A stretch of DNA of 63,064 nt, filler included, from Sphacelaria rigidula (lineage: Eukaryota), in NCBI GenBank assembly GCA_964200075.2. It is 5 parts of 5 records of this genome, joined end to end, with 100 filler letters (N's around TTAATTAATTAA, not from the genome) between each part and the next. Parts side by side here need not be neighbours in the genome. Positions count along the whole stretch, not along the records: positions 25,272 to 37,804 come from CAXNAA020003657.1; 4 more parts are not named here. The stretch is one strand, 5' to 3'. The notes under the pieces are model-generated. The model saw only the letters and a program-made list of their open reading frames with translations, was not told where the DNA came from and made no database searches. The stretch's first letter is position 1, and each line of letters begins with the position of its first letter. This document shows positions 25,557 to 37,453 of this stretch, in pieces. The position numbers and the translations under genes are program-made.

Positions 25557-25767
25557 TGTAATGCGTGAGAGGGCAGCGTGCTTAGAGGACCGCATCGGAA
25601 TTTGAACATCCCTATGGTTAGGGTTAGGGTTAGAGTTGGGGTCAGAGTTAGGGTCAGGGGCGTGGTACCTGCAGGGACTGGCCCGATTGATTTCGAAAAA
25701 CGTCGATCCTGAGGTATTTCGAACTACGGCGCGGTCCTCTAAGCACGCGGTCCTCTCACGCACTACA
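25557..25767. mobile_element. 211-bp MITE with TGTA...TACA 37-bp TIRs, 5-bp TSD (ATACT), internal TTAGGG repeats
   Basis: TIRs TGTAATGCGTGAGAGGGCAGCGTGCTTAGAGGACCGC / GCGGTCCTCTAAGCACGCGGTCCTCTCACGCACTACA. ATACT at 25552-25556 and 25768-25772. GGTTAGGGTTAGGGTTAGAGTTGGGGTCAGAGTTAGGGTCAGGG inside. Confidence 0.92.
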
Positions 25768-26382
25768 ATACTGTCGTGAGGTTGAGAGTAGAGGAAACGA
25801 TCGAGAGTGAAAAGCGGTCAATCAGTGAATTAATCCCTTCAGTTCCGAAATGCCCCTCCACGAGGCCGAATACTATTTCTGCAGTAAATTTATAGCTTGC
25901 CACTATGGCGCTTGATATCCCTGAGTAGGATATCGACGTGTAGCTTGCCACTACGGCAGTGACAGAGATAAAGAAGAGCATGCACGGGATGAAATATTGG
26001 CTAAGTGAAAGCGAATGATCAACGCCACTCTCAATCAGCGCTTTACTCCCAATCTTACGAAAACGTTGCCATGTGTGATTGCAGATATTGTGGCTCCTGT
26101 GCGAAAGAACGATCATACAGTAATCATCGTTACACATGCGGGAACAACAGCTAGTTGCAACCATCATCACCTGCCCACATGCCATGGATCTCCGAGAACT
26201 ATCTTTGACATCCTACCAAGTGGTAATTAGTACTAAAATCACGGGATTTTGTCCTTGTATACCTCCAGAGGAACAGGTATGTATACGAAGATACTTGTTT
26301 CACGAAATTTCAGTCTTTTTCTATCGTAAGCGTTCAAATTCGCTGGACTCAACTCGAGATGAGAATGAAATAACTCGCTAAA

Positions 26383-26643
26383 GAGCAATGCTACGGTATA
26401 GGGGTGCACCTTTTCCGCTAATTTTTTTCTGGTTCAGGGGCTCCTAACGATTCTTGACGCACAAGAATTTAGGTCACGGCATCCCCCTTTGCAGATTCAC
26501 TCGGGATATCCCCAGCACATTGCAATCGTAATCCTGGAGTACTCTCGCATATTTTCATGAGTCGTTTATTGGATGAGATGAAGGGCTCATAACAATTCCA
26601 ATATCTCAGAAAATATTTGTGTACCCCTACCGTAGCATCACTC
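26383..26643. mobile_element. MITE related to 13361-13505
   Basis: Left GAGCAATGCTACGGTATAGGGGTGCAC, right GTGTACCCCTACCGTAGCATCACTC. Left flank TAA. Confidence 0.7.
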
Positions 26644-27396
26644 TCAAATCAATTCCACCGCACTTGCTTTTCGATCCAGAACGTTTTTTAGCGAATTTTG
26701 AGTTTTCGACCGAAAAAGGGCAGGGTTTGTTTCATGATTTTTTTCATTTTTTTGCCGATATTGTTGAAGATAATGAACTCTAAAAGACCGACAAAAACCG
26801 GAGAGTCTGATGGGCCTTGCGAGGCTCGCATATTTGCTTCGCCCCCTTGCCCTCTTTGTCGCGATGACCTGCAGCCAAAGTAGCATCAATATTTCACGCC
26901 TCACCAAAATTGCCCGCACGGCAGGTGGGACGTACTCGAGGCACACGGCATGGAACATGATCCCACAAATATCATCGTAGTGAGTGATGACCTTGAGGGA
27001 GCGGCGTGGCCGTCATCTCATCGGTCTCCATGCCAAGGATCTCTGCGTACACTATAGCTGACCGCATCCGCCAACGCCTAGGCAATAACTAGGGGACAGC
27101 AAGCTGGGTTCCCCCCCGCCCCCCCCTCCATCAAAAATGAAATATTTCGATCTTGGGGGCCAGGTTTCCATAAACACTTTTCGACACTCCCTTCGCGGAA
27201 AAGAAAATATCTGAGAGGTGCACTCATGTTCCTACTTGACTCCAACTATTTTTCATACGAAGTAATGAGTGGCGCGCGAAGAAGTAAAAAAAAACGGGAG
27301 TGAGCAAAGTTTTCGAGCGCGAACATGCGGTCGAAAGGCACGAAGAGGCACTTGACTTCTACTTTGCAGACCACACCAGATGCCCCCCGTCAACAG

Positions 27397-27836
27397 TGTT
27401 AGATCTACAAGGTATCCACTAAGCCATGAGGTTGCAGCGCTGACTGATAGCTCAGTGGATATGACGTAGATATATCAAAAGTACCACCGTGGTTCGAATC
27501 CCTCCGAGACCATCTTGACGCCTTCTTTCTGTAGAATGAAACAATCTGAGAAAAAGTCTGGGATACACAACTGGAAGGCATTTTATACAACACCAGTCGT
27601 CAAGGTGAAGACATACATTCACGCCTGTGCGCCGACGAACCGCTTGGGGCAGCGCTGATTGGAGGGATTATACCCTCGAGTAAACCCGGGGTCCACCAGT
27701 CTAACCAGCTGTCGGACCCTGTTGTACTTTTGTTAGATATACAACATATCCACTGAGCTATTAGCCAGCGGTTATATCCACTGAGCTATCAGTCAGCGCT
27801 GACTGATTGCTCAGTGGGTCTGTTGTATATCTAACC
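27397..27836. repeat. tRNA-derived (SINE-like) heads in palindromic arrangement
   Basis: Pol III A box TAGCTCAGTGG (27448-27458), B box GGTTCGAATCC (27491-27501), ending GAGACCA (27512); the acceptor stem does not pair. Inverted copies form the palindrome CCACTGAGCTATCAGTCAGCGCTGACTGATTGCTCAGTGG (27778-27817). Confidence 0.65.
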
Positions 27837-27944
27837 TTTTGCATATCAAACACAACCATTCTCACCCCACACAACTCATTCTCACCCACCACCGGAACCC
27901 TGCAGCACAGAAAACAAAGGGAGCACAGATATGGAGATACACTT

Positions 27945-28238
27945 AACATGCGTGGGAGGACCGCGTGCTTTCTGGATCACATCGGAGTTTTACCCTTAGA
28001 CCGCGAGGGTAGTCTTCTGTCGAATCGGCATCAATTTCAAGTGAAAAAACATAATATGCATGATCCAGAAAGACTAATCTCGCGGTCTAAGGGTTAAATA
28101 GCCGGATGGTTAGGGTTGGGGTCCGGTGCGCGGTGCCTACAGGGACCGGCCCGAGCGGTGTTGAAAAACGTTGATCCCAGGGTGTTCAATTTCCGATGCG
28201 GTCCAAAAATCACGCGCGCCGTCATCCCACGCAATACA
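27945..28238. mobile_element. Diverged relative of the 211-bp telomere-repeat MITE, interrupted by a piggyBac-like MITE
   Basis: ATGCGTGGGAGGACCGCGTGCTT...ATCGGAG [insert] ...ATGGTTAGGGTTGGGGTC...CAGGGACCGGCCCGA...GAAAAACGTTGATCC...TCCCACGCAATACA. Confidence 0.75.
27993..28093. mobile_element. piggyBac-like MITE (101 bp)
   Basis: CCCTTAGACCGCGAG...CTCGCGGTCTAAGGG termini, flanked by TTTA and TTAA. Confidence 0.8.
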
Positions 28239-29521
28239 GATACACATCGGTAGTAGGGTATGAGAAGTCTTTTTTGTTGGCGAAAGCTTGGGCGGCTTCT
28301 TTTATGGTCGGGATCAGTGACGGAACTGCGTGAGAGGGTGCCCAACTGACTTGCGCACAAGCTCGTGGTCAGTTCAGGCTGTACAAAGCTGCACGCTGTC
28401 ATTGAAAGCAGAGGGAACCGCTAGAAGTCCTGCGGTCTGTAGTGCATGCCGGTGGCGTATCTTCTATATCCACTGTACGAAGCACCCCCTCGAAGAGGGT
28501 CAGACAGCATGCAAACCCCAGACTATCTGCTGCACTGTACAGGGTGGTGCAAAGTGTTCCCGAGCAAAAGCGCGCGTTGCCAGACCTCAAGTGGGCGCCC
28601 CAGGCCCCGGTTGAGACAAAAACGCGTTCTGCGCACCACGGTTGGAGCAACCCCGTAAAAGATTCGTATTTCGGTGTCCGAATCAAAATCAGGTCGGACT
28701 AACTCGGAGCTGCTCACCCGTCCCGAGCGAATAACTGTACTGCGGTTCTGTGGTCGCACTCTTTTCCCCTTATCGTAGCATGACTCGTGATAAAATCAAA
28801 ATGTATGCTACACCGCAGAATATTCGTACGGTACGTCCCTCATCGCGGATCGTACCTGTGAAGCCCGGCAAAATCCCGGATCCCCGTAATCATGGTTGAC
28901 AAATTACCTGGTTTCAGAAAAAACCACCGCCGTCCGAGTTGTCCTCGTCTCACAGACTAAACGCCTCCTGAAGCGTTTTCAGCGCGCGTTTTAGCTACCC
29001 CTCAGACGCTAATATCCCCCTTTGACCGCCAGGATAGGTAATCTCTTGAATCGGATTCACTTTTACCTGGAGAATTACTGCGTGACCCACATTAGGGTAG
29101 GTCATATGTTGAATCTGATCCAGTCTGAGTCGAAGAATAACTGCGTGGCACACGTGATCTGGCCCAGCGGCCTAAGCTGTAAGCGCAGTCAACGCATGCT
29201 TCCAACAGAGAATCCTAAGAAATGGGGTTGAACACAAAATAAAGTCCGACCCCCTGAACACTTTCCCTGACCTTAATTTAATGATGGGTGACTTTCATAT
29301 GGACGACGTCATCCCCCCCCTTACTCCCTGAAACGTTTTGGCGGCGTTTCCAGCATTCTGTTCCCCCAGAGGGTATTTGCGAAATCATTTTTTTTCCCGA
29401 TTTTTAGGTGAAAAACTAGGGCATCTGGTAGATCCACTCGCTCGACAGATCTTAGTAGCCCTGTGATCAAGGTTAAATCTGGGACAGCCAACACTTGAAA
29501 AATCGTACAATGAATGGAAGT

Positions 29522-29698
29522 CCTCAAACTTGAGCTTCCCGGTATATATAACTGTAAATTACTCTGACATACATTGAACCTCGAGTTTGAGGTTACCTCT
29601 ATTATTAATAGAATAGTAGCGGTGTCCAACTCGAAATTCCTGGTATATTCAAACAACAATTTACTGTCAAACATACCGCGAACCTCGAGTTTGAGATG
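29522..29698. repeat. Two tandem ~75-bp hairpin units (CTCAAACTCGA...TCGAGTTTGAG family)
   Basis: Units 29522-29592 and ~29622-29698 each have inverted ends. Same family as 35537-35618; a partial arm lies at ~29950. Confidence 0.65.
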
Positions 29699-31143
29699 TA
29701 GCTCTCATTCGATTGTATTGGGGAGCCTGGACGGCAATACCCCCTCATCTATCTCGCAAAACTAGAAGATGACGTTGGCTCTAAATAATGAATTCATGAA
29801 AGTTGGCAAAATAATAAGCTCATGCGAAGGACCATCCCCAAGAATCAAAATATACTCCAGGAATATTTTTCGAACATCAGAAAGAAGCGGCAGGGCGGAA
29901 CTGCACACCGCTGATGTCGGGAGTGCGAGGGAGCAACAGCGCAAGAGGGATCTCAAACTCGAGGCTTACGATATATTTCAATATTAATATAGCGACAATC
30001 TTGGGTTTGAAATAGCAATTTAGAGTGGGCCATACATCGGGATGTGGTAAATGAATATTTTGTGAACGGGGTGCCTTCTCCGGCTCCTTTCACGCGGGCT
30101 CCCCGTTTATGTCTGCGTGTATCCGCCGCCGCACGAACGACCGATATCATACCAGTTTTTGAGTAGGGTAACCATGATCGAGTGCTTGGCATCGAGAAAA
30201 AGAACTGCCACACGGTTCAACACGAACGCCCTGGGTACCGTAGTAACAAGTCAATAAGGACAAATAACCTACAGATGAATATACCGGTGTGTGGAGATCG
30301 CCATTTTGGCCTGGGCGGAGAGACTTCCTTTTATGAAGTCCTTCGACGGTTCCTACCGTCACCGGGAGTCTCACCTACCTGCCATGTTTACAGGGGCCGA
30401 CCCCCGAGCTAACCAGAGGTACCGATCTGTGAAATTGGCATTGAAATAATATAAAAATTGACAGTGGCGTTGTTGTGCTCATGTTTGGGCACCCCAAGGG
30501 TGGACAATACTGCTGAGATGAACCGACAAAACAGCTTGATGCGTGGCAAATCAACCGCACGTATCCGACACCTGCTGCAGACTCAAATATATGGCACCCG
30601 AACATGGGCGACAGCTCTCTTAATACTGAAAACGGTTACTTTCCGCCGGTAACCTGGGTTTCACATACTCTCAGAGCTCATACCTATATTGTAAAAATGT
30701 ACCTTCGACCTCGAAGTCACGCATGTACCGAAGCACTATGAATCGAACGTCTATCTGTATGTAACTTAATTTCTTCCCCATTACTTTGTTAGACTTCTCA
30801 CTTTAGGAGCAAGTCGTAGATCCTGGCCCTGTGCCCCCTTCTCTTGAAGGTAAATCAGACCAAAGCTAGTGCCTAAATATCCTAGGACGCGGAGGACACT
30901 TACAAACAAGAGGCTTGCGTCCGAAGGGGGTCTCGATAGGGTCCAGCCGTCCGATGAGATCGGCCCTAATTCGCGTGAATGCCACCTCCTGGTCGTCGGG
31001 ACGATGCTTTCTGCGAGACGCGGATTCATGCATGGTTGCCTCCCTCACTTGGCCCGAGACACGCGATATCGATACGTAAGCTTCAGCTAAATGAAAGCAC
31101 CCGAAATGTGTTTTTGGATGTTGCTTGACAATGAGGGCGATGG

Positions 31144-31276
31144 CACGCGCTGGCTCGCAAGACGTTGTTTCGACGTGTAGGGCACTGGCTCGCGTTTTTT
31201 ACGTGCCACACGCTGGCTCGCAAGGCGTTGTTTGGGCGTGTCACGCGCTGGCTCGCAAGGCGTTGTTCGGGCGTGT
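31144..31276. repeat. Minisatellite, 35-bp unit (CACGCGCTGGCTCGCAAGGCGTTGTTTGGGCGTGT)
   Basis: Units at 31144, 31207 and 31242, plus one truncated unit near 31182. Confidence 0.85.
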
Positions 31277-31415
31277 GGCGCGTAACACGTCGCCTCCTCA
31301 CGAAGTATGGAAGAAATATCAGCATCATGGTCGAACGGAATAACTCCCCGCTTCATCCATGGCGTCGACGTACGGGCACGTAAACCGTGCCATCTATCAC
31401 GGTTTCACCTTTTAA

Positions 31416-31513
31416 CCCCTAGACAGCGAGAGTAGGTCATGTGTGGAATCGGCATCAATTAAGCTGGAAAAAAGTATGCGTGGTCCAGGAAGACTACCCT
31501 CGCGGTCTAGGGG
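31416..31513. mobile_element. piggyBac-like MITE (98 bp) with TTAA TSD
   Basis: TTAA|CCCCTAGACAGCGAG...CTCGCGGTCTAGGGG|TTAA. Internal GAATCGGCATCAATT is shared with 27993-28093. Confidence 0.88.
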
Positions 31514-33304
31514 TTAATCATCCTGCACGATATAGTTGTATAGTTGGCGGGAAAATAGTATGCTGCATACCTACCTACTACATGCTCTTCTGTCAATCAG
31601 TAAAAGCACAACAATCAGATTCGATGCAGCAGATATCAAAACAACACCACGCAAACGGCTTGCACCGCTCGTTCCCCAGATCCACATCCGATTTCAGCGC
31701 AGTACAGATGTCCCCTACCTGTGTATATAGGGTTTCAAATCCATCCCAACGGCTGATCTTCATTTTCACAAAACCTTGACCGAGCACCTCATCATACCGT
31801 CAACAACGTTCAAGTTCTGCAATCACACATGAGGATACAAATACACCGAAGCCCTGTGCAATGTTCCTCTTTCTCTTCATGTAAGCACATTCCTTCCCGA
31901 ATATTTCTGCAGATTTGCGCGTGCCCACAAGCGTTATGAAGAGTTCATTGCGCCTTTATCGGAGGCGAGCTGAGGATTTCGATTTTGGACCACAACACGT
32001 TCTGGACAAGCTGGGTCCACTGCTCACCTGCCCCAGACCATGAACTTTCTCAGAACTTTGTTCAGTCTAAAATCAAGTAAAATCGAGTACCAACCATTGT
32101 TTACGTACAAATCCTTAGCTCTGCTGCTTTATCGTTGACTTCCGTTGTTCCATACAATCCGACTGTGATAATCGGTGGGGAGCCTACATACAAAAAATCT
32201 TAAACTGTGCTGTCTAAACCCCACATTACTTGGAATATCCTAAACTCGAGTTTCCCCATACATCCAACCCTGATCTTAAACGCTTGAATATACCACGAAC
32301 CTTGATTTTGATATACCTCTTCTACTGTGCACCACGATACGAAATGTTTTAAATGTAGTGACTGCAGATATTTCGCAAACGTCTGAGTTTTCATCGCAGC
32401 TTCGCTATGAAAAAAAGTAATTTGCAGCGAACCGCGATCCATCTGCACATTGCACGGATATATGGATGCTATACTCCAAAATGGATGTGTCGGAGATTAA
32501 ACGTTAACCGGATTGTGATCCGGATAAATAATCTGAGCGGATCCAAACGTTCAAGATGTGCCTGCCTGCTCTACTGCAGAGCCAAGTATAATAGTGTGGA
32601 TCTGTCATATTCATCCCGTTTCACCTTGATACCGCAGTCAGTCACTCCTCGAATGAGATGAGTCCCGGACAGCCGCTAGAAACCGTCAAGGGAAAACAGG
32701 TGGGGTGTTCTGGTTGGGGTGAGTGTGCGTCAGCTGTAATTTCAGGGCAGATTGCTGTGCAGGATACTTACTCGCTCCACCGCTCTCGATCGAGTATATA
32801 GCGAGAGTTGTAACTGGTCTGTATAGCCGCGGGGTGGCGGCTCCGACGCTATTCAGCCCGAGACACTACCGGATGCTGGAGGGGTATGCTTCCCGCTCCG
32901 CTGCGTTCTTTGTTATCCAGAACTACAAGTACCCTTGAGTCCGTTTTTGCGTTCGGTCGCCGATGGCGGCAAGCATCGGCGACGTGGCGAAAAGCAGGGG
33001 GCGTGTAGCAGTACCGGAGACACACCTGCGGATACTGCGCAGGCTCGTTGTTGTGGCGGATCAGATTGTATTGCATCGAACCAATCGTGATATTGTATCG
33101 ATGCTATAACGGCAGTAGACAGCTAGAAGAATGGAATCAACAATCAAAAAAATAACTCGTCGAGGTGTTGCCCTGGCGAGAGGCTTAGTTTTCTTCTCAC
33201 GGACCCTGTTGGCCGGGGTCCATTCGCAGACCCCTCCCACATCCAACAATGATCATTCAGTGACAAGTTTTCTCTGTTACCTACTGTAACCTTGATTATT
33301 CTAG

Positions 33305-33409
33305 GGAGGACGAGATGGAATCACAACAGCGAAGGCCAAGGTTGAGGCTCTTATCACCGCCAACCCCGTCTTGGTCCTAGCCACGAGCACCTGCCCGTTT
33401 TGTATCGAG
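33305..33409 (+). CDS. Glutaredoxin-domain exon (CPFC active site); rest of gene not resolved
   Basis: TTCTAG|GGRDGITTAKAKVEALITANPVLVLATSTCPFCIE|GTGAGA. 105 nt, phase 0/0, typical glutaredoxin helix1-strand1-CPxC pattern. Confidence 0.72.
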
Positions 33410-35536
33410 GTGAGAAGCGAGCTGCTAGTTGCCTCGTTGTACTGCAACACAATGTAATGCAATGCACTGTGATGTAGCTCATGAGCTGAAGGGATCGTCG
33501 TGTCATCTCGGCCCTTCACCAGGTGGCTCAAGTTAGCGAAGCGTACGTTTATTTGTTTGGTAGTTTCGCCGCTGGCCTGCTCTGTGGGCACGACGTCCGT
33601 AACGTTCGGTCCTCCTTGGTCGTATCCGCTGCCGTTCCCGCACAAGCCCGGCCGCACGACATGTGTGATTGTATGATATAGCGTTGACCTGTGACAATGT
33701 CTTCGCTGGACTTTTCGTTACTGCTGTTTTCAAAATGTAGTGTTCTCTGATGTTGGGTATTTCAAGTTCGTGTAATGTGCACTATGATTCCCCAAGACGT
33801 CTACCCGAATGCGTCAATAAATTCCATGGTTGAGCATATGCGGGAAAACAATTTTCGAGATAAAACAACTTGCTTACCGCCACAGTTTTGATTGTATATC
33901 TAGGCTGAGTTTCCGAACAAAGTAACAATAACGTCAACCCTAACCCCAACCTGAGGCGTATGAGACCCTCGGACAAGGAGAGTGTACACGTTCCCCTAGA
34001 CAAAAGTTGCGTTGGCAAACCTAAAATCGATGCCGCAGGAGTTGATTGCGACAAAAACGCGTTCTGGACGAGCTGGGTCCACCGCTAACCTGTCCCGGGC
34101 GATACATTTTCTAGGAACTTTCTCGATTTTGAAATGATCATGTATTCAACCACAGAGATACAAACCAAAGCTCTACGTCTGATGGGTAAAACAAAGGGCA
34201 GCACAGTCGGACAAGTCTAGACTTTTGTAGAGCTGCTCTGGTAATTTTCATTCAGTCACAGCAATCACTCGCAATGTATCACCCGTGCCTTGTGTTCCGC
34301 TTCCGAGTTCTGTACACCATCGCCTTGTTGAGCTCTGCCAACACGAATCATCTGTTTGGCTAGGGTGATGATTTCACGTTTGTTTTTTCAGGTTGAGGTC
34401 GGAGGTGTCACTGGAGCTTCTTCCCCGCCCAAAAGAAAAACGGTGAAGTGATTCTGTGTGACACTTCAACCCCAGGATAAGTTTCATACTTTGCCCCAAA
34501 CTCATTAGCTATAATTTTTGATATTTATGTAGGTCACCGATCCTGGTGGTCTAAGGGCTCACTGTCAAGCGAAGTGGATCTGCCTGTGACACTTGCGCGA
34601 GTTGTTGGGCCATAATTCTGCTGAGAAACATTCTTGGTTCTTGTCTGTGTTGTGTGTGTCGCCATCCCGTCCATTCCGAACGCCAGCTTACACATTTTCG
34701 GTATATGTGGGCGCATCAGCCAGGGTCACACAGCAGGGAGGTTGACACCAGAGGTTTCCTCTTTCATATTGTTTTAGTTCTTCACCTTTCTTTTGCGGTG
34801 CTTGATATATTTTTGATCGCGCGAGGGGCTCAACGATTCCTTTTCCCCGTCGATCCTGACATCGAATTTTTGTCTTGACCACAAATGCAGATTCAAACTC
34901 TTGACTCTCTCCAGTCCAGACAGTGTATTCGGTATTACTTTTTATAGTTCGTTACAGCGTTCGTTTTGCGGCGTAACGGCATCACATCTTTTACGGGCCG
35001 CTGATGAAACGTCACGGTTTGCGGGGGCTTCACCACATCACGGAATTCAGTGATGAGTTGCATGAATTACACGGAAACAGATTATGGCTTCAACACGGGA
35101 TTAACTTGTCAACCCCCGCATGGAAATTGGATCCGGATCTTCAGACAAGCTAGCCCAGCTGCACCGTAACGCCAACCCATGCTTTAACCCAAAACCCAAT
35201 GAGGGCAGACCGTGAACCTCCAAAGGGGTTCTCCTGTTCCGCTCTGGTTCCCGAGACTGAAGTCAAGCTTGCATCGTCATCTTCGCTCAGTTCTATGCTT
35301 CTGGACATGGAGAGGTAGGTACCTGACAGAATTGAGCGTAGTGGAAACCGGGAGGTGTGCAAGATCTAGAGCTGATTTTCGTGTCCAACAGACTGCTGAA
35401 GTGGCAAATCGCGACGCCACTTCTTTGTCTGGGGAGATTTCGGGGTGTCTGTGTGCTTCGCGAGTACTCATTCACCGAGTTATAGCGATCGGCACTAGCC
35501 TGTAATAATAGCCTATGTGCAAGTTGCTGTTACTGC

Positions 35537-35618
35537 AAGTATCTCAAACTCGACGTTTCTGGTATATTTCACAGTAATTTAGTACAAATATTCCGGGAAC
35601 GTCGAGTTCGAGATACTT
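35537..35618. repeat. 82-bp hairpin element with 33-bp imperfect arms
   Basis: AAGTATCTCAAACTCGACGTTTCTGGTATATTT / AAATATTCCGGGAACGTCGAGTTCGAGATACTT. Confidence 0.75.
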
Positions 35619-35722
35619 TCAAGTACCGACTTCGTGTAAATTCACCGCACTTTGCGACGAAGATTCAGAGTTGAGCTACACTATATGACCCGCAGCCAGG
35701 ATCGGGGATTCGTGAAACCGGC

Positions 35723-35933
35723 TGTAGTGCGTGAGAGGACCGCGTGCTTAGAGGACCGCGCCGTAGTTCAAAACACCTCAGGATCGACGCTTTTCGAAAC
35801 CAATCGGGCCAGTCCCTCCAGGTACCACGCCCCTGACCATCACCCTGACACTAACCCTAACCCTAACCCTAACCATAGGGATGTTCAAATTCCAATGCGG
35901 TCCTCTAAGCGCGCGGTCCTCTCACGCATTACA
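35723..35933. mobile_element. Second 211-bp telomere-repeat MITE, opposite orientation, TSD CCGGC
   Basis: CCGGC|TGTAGTGCGTGAGAGGACCGCGTGCTTAGAGGACCGC...CTAACCCTAACCCTAACCCTAACC...GCGGTCCTCTAAGCGCGCGGTCCTCTCACGCATTACA|CCGGC. Confidence 0.93.
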
Positions 35934-37453
35934 CCGGCTTCAATTTCACTCGAAGAACAACAAGGCACATATCGCCTGCACTAGCTGTCGAAATGCTTAC
36001 ACTCATGAACACTAAAATTTTCGGGTGACAGGAAATTTAAACACTTGTCACTTCGATCATGTACATCTGACCCACATCACCCACCCTGGCGGTGAAGGAG
36101 GGGTCCAAGTACGATCCAGCAGCACGCCTTTATCGTAATTGAGGAGCATGGAAATTTGCTGCCGGTGTCGTCGCACGTACTGCACGTGACACGACGAAGT
36201 CTCTGCTGAATACCCTGGCGTATGGATGCTCGCACACCTTAGCTTGGAACCTACAGGATGCTAGATGCATGCATCACTGAATAAAATCAGTGAGAGACTT
36301 CAATCATGTGCTCTTGGAATTCCAGTGTTGCTGCCGTTTACGAAAGTAGACGGAACTTTGGACCAGTTGTCATGTCCATCCAAGTTAGGATACTGTATTT
36401 CAAACGCGGGACACCACAGCACAGTAGCTTAACCCTGCCGTCAAGTTTATCGGAAACCTCGACTTCAACATTCACCACGTCGAGATTGATTCTGTGTTTT
36501 GTTTATTCGCAATTCGAGCGACCAGCCCTCGAAAATAGGTCAAGCTTCTTTTCTTCAGCTCAAATTTGTAACCCCGTCGTCGTTGACAGGCGTACAGCGG
36601 CACAGAGTGAAATATTTTTCAACCTCGGCCCGCTTAGCCGGGATGCCGTCGATACCGTGATGTCTGGTCCGGTGATTGTTGTGTTTACCAAATCGGCGGG
36701 TGACGATTTCCACCGTACAAGTGCTTTCCCGTTCAAGCACAAGCACTGACCTCAAGATCATTGTACGATGCTGCCCATACACAGTATTCTTTGTTATATG
36801 AATTTGGGAAGTCTGGACCTTAACCGCATCACAGCACATTCCATCCGTCCTCCCGTGTTTTTCTTTGATGTGCGTTCGGTACCTTATCAAGTCACTGACG
36901 AAGCAGGTAACGTTTCATCTGCAAACATTCGCACATGGGGCACACAAGCACCCGGCTTAATGAAAGGCCAAGCGTACACGATTCCAAATCCAATACCCTA
37001 GGACTTTCGGTAATCCTGTCTCTTCAGTAGGCACCCAGCATGTTCCTTACAACGAGGGAAGCTTGCATCGGAGATGTAGATGTGACGACGATCACTCGAC
37101 AAAACTGACGTGCAACTTCATGTACACTTGTATCTCATACGGTACATCGATGGCAAGACAGAGCACTACTCACGAGGTGATGGATGCAGCTCATGACGAC
37201 CCCATTGCAGGATTTTCCGTTAAAGCCAAGATATGGTACCCGTCCTCGTTTGAAGCCCCACCCCGGCATGTTCACCGTCAAAGTGTCCGACGTGGTGATC
37301 CACCACGTACGAGAGAATTCCACCCAACATTCCGGGGCCGAGCGAGAAGTGAAAAGTGGTGGACATGGTATCACCACCCCCAGGTCGAAAACTTTTGAAC
37401 CGGCACAAAGGAGGATCTGAAACCGTTGGAAACGGATAAAAAGGCGAGGGAGA

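Noticed and set aside
25617..25660. True telomere or chromosome-fusion scar
   Set aside because: Only a few TTAGGG-type units, enclosed in a TIR/TSD-bounded element that recurs in the window.
26900..26990. PHD-finger-like fragment DDICGIMFHAVCLEYVPP (minus strand)
   Set aside because: The other zinc ligands are missing and no supporting exons were found; too short to call.
27441..27512. Functional tRNA gene
   Set aside because: A and B boxes are present, but the acceptor and anticodon stems do not pair and the head is repeated in inverted copies.
31144..31276. 35-bp repeats of CRISPR-like length
   Set aside because: Units are adjacent without unique spacers; this is an ordinary minisatellite.
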